Below, piece after piece: positions 1 to 5,444 of a stretch of DNA of 5,444 bases (within the stretch, counting starts at the first letter, position 1; each line of letters begins with the position of its first letter). Both the position numbers and the translations under genes were made by a program. Source of the stretch: Octopus sinensis (lineage: Eukaryota); contig NW_021829991.1 of the NCBI RefSeq assembly GCF_006345805.1, forward strand, positions 1 through 5,444, written 5' to 3'. The notes under the pieces were generated by a model. That model was not told the DNA's origin, made no database searches, and saw only the letters and a list, made by a program, of their open reading frames with translations.

Positions 1-313
1 CAGAGTTCAGTATCTAAAATGGGTAATATATAATTAGGGCACTTAGTAGAGTAGTATATGGTTATTTCTATACTCTGGTGGATGGAGGTAACTATATGCT
101 GGATGGTCTCCATAGCGTTAGCTTCTAGATCATCAACATTGTCTTGTAGGGGTGCTCTGGCTACTATGCTGATATCATATTCACGTAGTGGGAGTACATG
201 GTTAGGTTTATGGAGTTCTCTGTTAATTTCTCTTTAAGTCTTCTGTCGCACCATACCATAAATAGGTTAGCCACATCACCAGCAATACTGACACCGATGG
301 CTGCACCTTCCTG
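1..313 (-). mobile_element. Degenerate Penelope-like element (PLE) reverse transcriptase fragment with a frameshift; continues beyond the left edge of the window
   Basis: Manual minus-strand translation of 313->179 gives QEGAAIGVSIAGDVANLFMVWCDRRLKEKLTENSINLTMYSHYVN. After a frameshift at 178-177, 176->3 gives DISIVARAPLQDNVDDLEANAMETIQHIVTSIHQSIEITIYYSTKCPNYILPILDTEL. This matches PLE RT motifs in order: Q-x-G-x-x-I/M-G...A-N-L-F-M, catalytic Y-x-R-Y-V-D-D (here YSHYVN/D), and S-I-H-P-S-I-x-x-T...L-P-I-L-D. It has no ATG, so it is missing from the ORF track. Confidence 0.85.
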
Positions 314-320
314 CACCTTC
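301..320. repeat. Perfect 10-bp tandem duplication (CTGCACCTTC x2) at the end of PLE homology
   Basis: Read directly: ctgcaccttc ctgcaccttc. Confidence 0.9.
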
Positions 321-361
321 TATATCTATTATCTAACTATCTATCCTATATATGACCTATC
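321..361. repeat. Degenerate (TATC)n tract
   Basis: tatatctattatctaactatctatcctata... decayed TATC units. Confidence 0.6.
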
Positions 362-363
362 TT

Positions 364-406
364 ATATTATATATATATAGATATATATATATATATATAT
401 ATTTAT

Positions 407-409
<3 letters not shown>
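364..409. repeat. (TA)n microsatellite, slightly interrupted
   Basis: Read directly from the sequence. Confidence 0.95.
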
Positions 410-443
<34 letters not shown>

Positions 444-444
444 G

Positions 445-478
<34 letters not shown>

Positions 479-487
479 GTAGATAGG

Positions 488-572
<85 letters not shown>
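408..572. repeat. (TAGA/GATA)n tetranucleotide microsatellite, about 41 units
   Basis: Read directly. Interruptions: AGAG near 443, two GGTA variants at 478-489, and a lost G near 533. Confidence 0.98.
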
Positions 573-573
<1 letters not shown>

Positions 574-943
574 ATTCAGATGAATATGGTACTTGAGTTG
601 AGGCACCAGAATTTAGTACGGTATTATCCATACAATTTCAAAATAAGGTGATTGTTGCTTATTTGATATATATATAATCTCATTATATATTTCTGTGTTT
701 GTGTATGTCTGTTTGAATGCACACACACATATAGAGAACATAATCAATGTGCGAAATAAAAGGTTTCTGTTATAGAATATGCTATCAATAACATTCAATG
801 CATTGTGTAATATTAGTTTACATTTCAGGTTGTTTAAATTATTTTGTATTATATAGTATTCGACTTTTTATTCGTTGGCTGATGCACTAATTTGAATGTC
901 TTCTATATAAAATCAACTTTGGTCAGGTGGATGAAACAATAGA

Positions 944-1049
944 ATGCCTACCAAAATCCTCTTCGCTATTACAACCTCTCTCATCATTGCGTTATCATCA
1001 CTTGCTGTGAACGCATCTGTAATCCCAGCGATGTTCATTCATAGAAAAC
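944..1049 (+). other. Weak candidate exon encoding a signal-peptide-like stretch (MPTKILFAITTSLIIALSSLAVNA-SVIPAMFIHRK)
   Basis: n/h/c-region pattern with a V-N-A cleavage site. Good acceptor upstream (tttacatttcag, AG 827-828) but only a weak donor (AAC|GTATAG at 1050) and three tiny upstream ORFs. No recognisable homology. Confidence 0.15.
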
Positions 1050-1140
1050 GTATAGTAATAATTATAATCTTTCACAAGGAAAATCTCTGCAATTTATTGT
1101 TTACAGTCTTACACAATAGAGCTGAAAAAAGATACATAGA

Positions 1141-1258
1141 CAGATATATGTATGTGTGTGTAAATATGTGTGTATTTATGAATGCACGTACTTTTGTGTG
1201 TTTGTAGGTATATCTGTTTGTATGTGTACATATTTGCGAATGTATGCGCGCGCATGTT
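1141..1258. repeat. Degenerate (TG/TA)n low-complexity tract
   Basis: atatgtatgtgtgtgtaaatatgtgtgt... alternating purine-pyrimidine sequence. Confidence 0.8.
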
Positions 1259-1408
1259 TTAGCCAAAAATGTTTTGACATATCACAGGCTTATTTCCCCC
1301 ATGTAATAATACCTTTGTTAATGCTAAATTTCTGGCTCTTATAATTTAATTTACAGAAATATTTCCCCATATTTTTACTTTTGCAGCGTGTGCACGCTGA
1401 CAATCTGG

Positions 1409-1560
1409 CGCACACGAACGCACACACTCTCTCACACACACATACATACGCACACACTAATGCACTCACATAAACACTCTCATAAACAAATATTCGCGTA
1501 CAGAAAGGCACAAGCTGTCACACATACACAAGCCACAGGCACAAACATAAGAATAACAAG
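1409..1560. repeat. Degenerate (CA)n low-complexity tract
   Basis: cgcacacgaacgcacacactctctcacacacacatacatacgcacac... Confidence 0.75.
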
Positions 1561-1580
1561 ATATATTTGTATGTGTGTAT

Positions 1581-1653
1581 GAGAGAGAGAGAGAGAGAGA
1601 GGAGGGAGAGAGGAGGAAGAAGGAGAGAAAGATGGGGAGAGGGAGTGAGAGAG
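1581..1653. repeat. (GA)10 microsatellite followed by a polypurine tract
   Basis: 1581-1600 is perfect (GA)10; nearly pure G/A continues to about 1653. Confidence 0.95.
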
Positions 1654-2021
1654 TACGCAGGGCACACATTTTAATGCATATTCATATATGCACATTTAAT
1701 ACATAATACTGCAAGAATTCTTAATGAATCCAATTTTCTAACTCTACGAATTTTAGGCAAAGTGAACCAAATATGTCCCCTGAATACGTGTACACAGGAC
1801 AGCATGAATAAATTATTGGCTGCAACTGTAACGCATAATATTCATAGGTGTTTGTTTATAAACTTCTGTGTTGAAAGAGCATAAATTAATAAACAAGTGA
1901 AGAATGAAAAAAGAAAGTAATCTGGATATTTTGTAAATATAGTCATTCAAACACAAACACAAATGTAAAGGCGGAAAAGGGTACCCATTCAATACCTATA
2001 TACAGATGAATATAAAACAGA

Positions 2022-2034
2022 TCGAATCATAGAT
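2022..2034 (+). repeat. Left target-site duplication TCGAATCATAGAT
   Basis: Identical to 2251-2263. Confidence 0.9.
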
Positions 2035-2250
2035 GTTTATCTCAAATTTTAGCATAAAGCCAGCAATTTCCGAGGAAGCGCTAATCGATTACATTGCCCC
2101 AGGACTCTACTGGTATTTATTTTATCGATTCCGAAGTGTTGAAAGTAAAGTCGGCCTCGGTGGAATTGGAACTCTGAACGTAAGGATGGACGAAATGCCG
2201 CTAAGCATAAGGTCTGTCGTGCTAAGGATTCTACATGCTCACGGCCTTAG
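2035..2250 (-). mobile_element. Full-length tRNA-derived SINE (octopus-type) with target-site duplication
   Basis: The minus strand starts aaggccgtgagcatgtagaatcc (decayed A box) and has B-box-like gagttccaattcc (2174-2162). It is colinear with a second copy at ~4285-4465 and bounded by an exact 13-bp direct repeat. It matches a very common octopus SINE as I recall it; the family name is not verified. Confidence 0.88.
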
Positions 2251-2263
2251 TCGAATCATAGAT
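2251..2263 (+). repeat. Right target-site duplication TCGAATCATAGAT
   Basis: Identical to 2022-2034. Confidence 0.9.
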
Positions 2264-2444
2264 ATTACAAACTAAATGCAACAAGTACAAAAAATTACGT
2301 ATCACTCGCAATGTTATAAAGTGTGGTTAAATCTTCTCATATCTTGGTCTACATAAACAATGTGACCCTCGGTTTTCAAGACCGTTGAATGTTAATTTAG
2401 GTTCTAATTTTTTCAAGATTGGTGGTGTTCTGCAGCCCGAGCGA

Positions 2445-2500
2445 TGGACAGGTCGTTATGTCTCGAATGCCGTTGATCATTAGTCTGCTCAGTGATATCT
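2445..2500 (-). repeat. Short dispersed repeat, copy A
   Basis: 2457-2490 aligns without gaps to 3254-3287 at 22/34 identity, ending in a shared TCTGCTC. Confidence 0.5.
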
Positions 2501-2530
2501 GTACTGGTAATGAATATTAATGATATTTGT

Positions 2531-2576
2531 AATTTAGGCACACTATGAGCAATTTTGGAAGAAAGGGATTCTGCCA
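2531..2576 (-). mobile_element. Probable internally deleted SINE remnant (3' end joined to the A-box region)
   Basis: aatttaggcacactatgagcaattttggaagaaaggg is colinear with 2044-2079 of SINE copy 1. It is followed directly by gattctgcca, identical to 4451-4460 at the head of SINE copy 2. Confidence 0.45.
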
Positions 2577-2697
2577 TCTAGATTTATATATGTATAGAAA
2601 AAAACAAATAACTAAACGCCGGCAAAACTGATGTCTTTTATGTACCAGTTTACAGTAAGTGGTTTCAAAATGCCTTATATAAGATAAATTTTGTGTT

Positions 2698-2742
2698 GTT
2701 ATTTAGTCCCAGCAACTCCTGTGACCGAGCAGTTGTATGATA
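2698..2742 (+). repeat. Short dispersed repeat, copy B
   Basis: gttatttagtcccag...gaccgagcagttgtatgat resembles the reverse complement of copy D (gctgtttaattcaaag...gatcgagcagatttaaga). Confidence 0.45.
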
Positions 2743-2867
2743 CTCACCGAACAATCAGGTGCGATTCAAAGATCTGTTTTTGCAGTTATAGAGCGTATCC
2801 GCTTAACAAAGAACAATATTACACACTGCTACATACAAAAGTGATTGTGTCGTCAGAGTACGTTGAT

Positions 2868-2915
2868 AGGTCAGTCTTCATCACATAGACCTATGATTAA
2901 AAATGTTTCAGATAT
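2868..2915 (+). repeat. Short dispersed repeat, copy C
   Basis: aggtcagtcttcatcacatagacctatgattaaaaatgtttcagatat resembles the reverse complements of copies A and D. Confidence 0.45.
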
Positions 2916-3240
2916 ATTCTTTATTCTGGTTTACATTATCTATGTATTTGGTGCTAAAGAATTTTACTGTTATCATGAATCATATTATTATCAGTGGTAA
3001 ATTTAATAGTAACAACTCTACACAAATAGTATTTATATTTTTTTGCTGAATCTTCCAATCATAATAATGGAATATGATTACGTATAGCTGACACGATTAC
3101 ATTGTAATCGTATTTGAATAGTACTGTGTGAGACCTCTACTTAATCACTTGATCAATTAACTCTTTGTCACCAACTATCTTTCAAATCACTTGCCGCATT
3201 TCCTCTTATGAAGGAACATACTGGATAATGTGGTGAAAAA

Positions 3241-3315
3241 TAAAAGAGATAGATATGGTTGAAATGTTTTTTGTCTTAAATCTGCTCGATCAGAGACGAC
3301 TTTGAATTAAACAGC
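3241..3315 (-). repeat. Short dispersed repeat, copy D (most complete)
   Basis: Minus strand: gctgtttaattcaaagtcgtctctgatcgagcagatttaagacaaaaaacatttcaaccatatctatctctttta. It shares blocks with A, B and C and resembles an octopus repeat I recall (not verified). Confidence 0.55.
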
Positions 3316-3724
3316 ATATATTGAACTATATATAATAAGTTGAGAATTTGTAGCGTATCTTGCAATGTGTACTCTTTCTAAATAAATTTGTAAAAGTATA
3401 ATAGTATTTATGTGAGTGTGTATCAGTAGTAAATAATAGGTAAAGCTTTTATAGACAGTGCTGTAAGATGACTATTTCTTTTCACAATGTTCCCTGTAAC
3501 CGTTGATCAAATAATATTGGAAATATTTGTGGTAGGAAGTCAGACAAATGCTAATAGGTCATGATAACATTGCTAAATCCTAACGATAGACACACTGTGT
3601 ATATACTGTCTAGCAATAGATACAATATATTATCAGATATCAGAGATCGTAGAAATATAACGATATTATATCACACATTTATTCATTTATTACAAGTTCT
3701 TACTGATATTAGAAGTATCTGGAG

Positions 3725-3998
3725 ATGGATGTCTTTAGATTTATTCAATTAATATTACTAATAGAGGAAATATTCCTGATGGGAAATTACACCTATGCGT
3801 GGGTATCAGTTACAGAGAATAGTGTTAGTAGTATGAATATTATTGATGACAGAGATAATAACACAACAGATATTACTTATATACAAAATATCACCGATTA
3901 TACGCCCAAAAATGAAAATAAAAGAAGAAACGAAAAAACTGGCAGCCTTCAAATTTTACGGTTGACTGCAAAAATGACAAACAAAAGCATCGTACCAA
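3725..3998 (+). CDS. Candidate coding exon: signal-peptide-like N-terminus plus an N-glycosylated Asn/Thr-rich extracellular segment; product unknown
   Basis: The 111-codon open frame (3725-4060) lies in very AT-rich non-repetitive DNA. ATG context is GAGATGG. It has a hydrophobic N-terminus (MDVFRFIQLILLIEEIFLMG), five N-x-S/T sequons (N21, N45, N46, N55, N86) and a KRR basic cluster. There is a good phase-1 donor CAA|GTAAGC at 3998/3999 and possible acceptors at 3695-3696 and 3711-3712. No homology recognised. Confidence 0.45.
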
Positions 3999-4284
3999 GT
4001 AAGCAAGTACGGTGGCAATATGTTACAAATATATTTGTTTTTATCTCATTATTAAAATAGACACAATTTTATGAGATCAGGGAGACGAAAATTGTCATTA
4101 TATGCAATAGTACATAAAAAGTCTACCAAATGGTATTCGATAAACGGAAATATATTGAACAAAAGAATTCTCTGGCTAGAGGATAACTCGTCGCGTTCTG
4201 GGATATAAAACAAGTCTCAGAAAGAGGTTACGTGTATACAAACGTTTAAAAATATTGATTTCTCACGCAAACTTATGATCTCGA

Positions 4285-4465
4285 TCTTGAGGGATGTTGA
4301 CAGTCAATTATATTGACTACAGTATGTCGCTGGTACTTTACTTCATAGAACTCTCTAAAGTATGAACGACAAAGCTGACCACGGTGAGCATTTAAATCAA
4401 AACCTTAAAACGGAACATATACCGCATGGCATTTAGCTCGTCGCGCAATCGATTCTGCCAATACA
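4285..4465 (-). mobile_element. Older, more diverged copy of the same tRNA-derived SINE
   Basis: Colinear with 2035-2250: ctggtactttacttcatagaa...aaagtatgaacgacaaagctgaccacggtg...accgcatggcattt...cgattctgcca. The A-box-like TGGCAGAATCG is on the minus strand (4460-4450). No TSD found, so boundaries are approximate. Confidence 0.75.
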
Positions 4466-4513
4466 GAACACTCATTGTTTAAGAATATCATTAAATTAAA
4501 TGCGCGATTGCAA

Positions 4514-4532
4514 ACACACACACACACACACA

Positions 4533-4583
<51 letters not shown>

Positions 4584-4610
4584 AAACATATACACACATG
4601 CACACACAGA
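4514..4610. repeat. (CA)n microsatellite with a degenerate 3' flank
   Basis: Read directly; interrupted by CGTA at ~4533-4536 and by CAAA units after 4575. Confidence 0.97.
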
Positions 4611-4668
4611 CATGCGTGTATATATAAATACATATATACGCACATGATAGATCGTTAGCTCCTACACG

Positions 4669-4710
4669 CATTTTTTTCTCTCCTTCTTTCTCTCCTTGTT
4701 TTTTTTCTGT
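4669..4710. repeat. Polypyrimidine (T/C) low-complexity tract
   Basis: cattttttctctccttctttctctccttgttttttttctgt. Confidence 0.85.
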
Positions 4711-4752
4711 GTATCTTTCTGTCGAAGAGCGTAGGCTCGAAACGTAAAATAC
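4711..4752 (+). ncRNA. Minimal type I hammerhead-ribozyme-like motif of PLE type with a variant core
   Basis: Core CUGUCGA (4719-4725), extra A, stem II GAGC/GCUC (4727-4730/4735-4738) with GUAG loop, GAAA (4739-4742), palindromic ACGU stem III (4742-4745) and putative GUA cleavage triplet (4744-4746). Stem I (4713-4718 with 4747-4752) has 4 of 6 pairs ungapped. Confidence 0.55.
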
Positions 4753-4845
4753 TTTTTCTATTCCTGAGCGCTATACTAATACATTTGTTTGTTTGTACAC
4801 CACCTGCCTTCGTCTTTTGTTTATTTTCATAAACTTTCCCTTTAT
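4711..4845 (+). mobile_element. Probable PLE terminal-repeat (pLTR) or retrozyme-like remnant carrying the hammerhead-like motif
   Basis: The hammerhead-like head is followed by a T-rich stretch (…ttcctgagcgctatactaatacatttgtttg…gccttcgtcttttg). It resembles a dispersed octopus repeat as I recall it; the boundaries are inferred. Confidence 0.4.
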
Positions 4846-5444
4846 ATACGCACATATATCTACACGCATTCATATTTATATATAATACACAATACACACG
4901 TAAGGTGTGGTTTCTAAAGTCACTACTTTCATGATGCCTGTATGCAAAATGTTAAAGAGTGCTACCGTTCAATCTAGATATCCAATGTGGGAAAGCATGC
5001 AATGCATAAGTGCGAATCCAATTCACAACTGCCACCAATCACATGCTGCTTGCATATTTAGCGAACAGAGGATGTGAGAAACAGAAGAAACATTGAAGAC
5101 CACTTCGAAAATAGGGTAATCTGGCTTATTGCATATTGTCTTCCAAGAGTCATGTTCCAGTAGGCAGCAATAGCAAATGTACTCTCAAACAATCACCTTT
5201 TCTCATTCTATGGCTCACTCTCTCATTCTCTTCCACTTACTTTCTTCCTTGTTTGTTGCGACTGAAACTATTTACTCTCCCCCGTGCCCCTCCATAAATA
5301 TTCTTTCGGTCTTCACATCACAAGTTTAAAATTTCACACAATCCAGAATTACATTCTCTGGATTTGTCTTACACTTAATCATTTAAGAATTTTCAAGTCT
5401 TAGTGGGAATAACAGTGATTACTTATATGCCTGTAGATGTATCT

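Noticed and set aside
198-380. Plus-strand ORF, 60 aa
   Set aside because: It is antisense to the PLE RT fossil and runs into microsatellite; a shadow ORF.
362-631. Minus-strand ORFs of 89 and 67 aa (YLSI repeats)
   Set aside because: These are translations of the (TATC)n/(TA)n microsatellite.
580-651. MNMVLELRHQNLVRYY resembles protein kinase subdomain III-IV (L.H.NIVRYY)
   Set aside because: Only about 16 residues. The acceptor has no polypyrimidine tract (it follows a GATA repeat), a stop follows soon after, and no other kinase exons are seen; probably chance.
944-1207. Vague resemblance to class A GPCR TM1-TM2 (LAVNASVI...NLLFTVL)
   Set aside because: The GN and LAxxD motifs are absent, hydrophobicity is explained by AT/T-rich codons, and the ORF ends in microsatellite.
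1391-1397. TGCRCNC metal-response-element matches (also at 718, 1461 and ~4599)
   Set aside because: These are expected by chance in CA/TG-rich tracts.
1072-1695. Six ORFs of 62-73 aa rich in C/V/Y/H/T
   Set aside because: They are translations of degenerate TG, CA and GA repeats.
2033-2275. Plus-strand ORF, 80 aa
   Set aside because: It coincides with the antisense strand of the SINE.
2418-2506. Apparent 89-nt exon (ttttttcaag|...actg|gtaatg) with one open frame
   Set aside because: Most of it overlaps repeat copy A, and the peptide is unrecognisable.
2598-2660. GTAAGT donor at 2655 with a possible upstream acceptor at 2596-2597
   Set aside because: All three frames contain stops.
2691-2888. 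Plus-strand ORF, 65 aa, with a non-ATG start
   Set aside because: It spans repeat copies B and C and has no coding signature.
4187-4195. CpG-rich 9-mer CTCGTCGCG repeated at 4437-4445
   Set aside because: I could not extend the homology on either side; too short to interpret.
4405-4897. Minus-strand ORFs of 88 and 80 aa
   Set aside because: They derive from (TG)n and the polypurine complement of the T/C tract.
4955-5040. Minus-strand LVAVVNWIRTYALH faintly resembles a hAT transposase segment
   Set aside because: A short match bounded by stops, with no other transposase motifs or terminal inverted repeats.
5340-5364. Hairpin AATCCAGA-N9-TCTGGATT
   Set aside because: An 8-bp AT-rich stem is within chance expectation for a window of this size.
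1-5444. CRISPR arrays, prokaryotic operons, tRNA or rRNA genes
   Set aside because: No regularly spaced repeats with unique spacers and no gene-dense coding sequence. The tRNA-like boxes belong to SINE heads.

Overview
AT-rich, microsatellite-dense eukaryotic non-coding DNA (intron or intergenic). The repeat types match my recollection of octopus (coleoid cephalopod) repeats; this assignment is from memory, not a search. No complete protein-coding gene is present. The best-supported features are: (1) a frameshifted fossil of a Penelope-like element (PLE) reverse transcriptase at 1-313 (-); (2) long (GATA)n, (TA)n, (GA)n and (CA)n microsatellites; (3) a tRNA-derived SINE at 2035-2250 (-) with a perfect 13-bp target-site duplication, an older copy at ~4285-4465 (-) and a probable internally deleted copy at 2531-2576; (4) four decayed copies of a short repeat between 2445 and 3315; (5) a minimal hammerhead-ribozyme-like motif at 4711-4752 (+) with PLE-type architecture and a non-canonical core (CUGUCGA instead of CUGANGA); (6) a candidate coding exon at 3725-3998 (+) for a signal-peptide-bearing, N-glycosylated protein. 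Most ORFs in the supplied track are artefacts of microsatellites or repeats.
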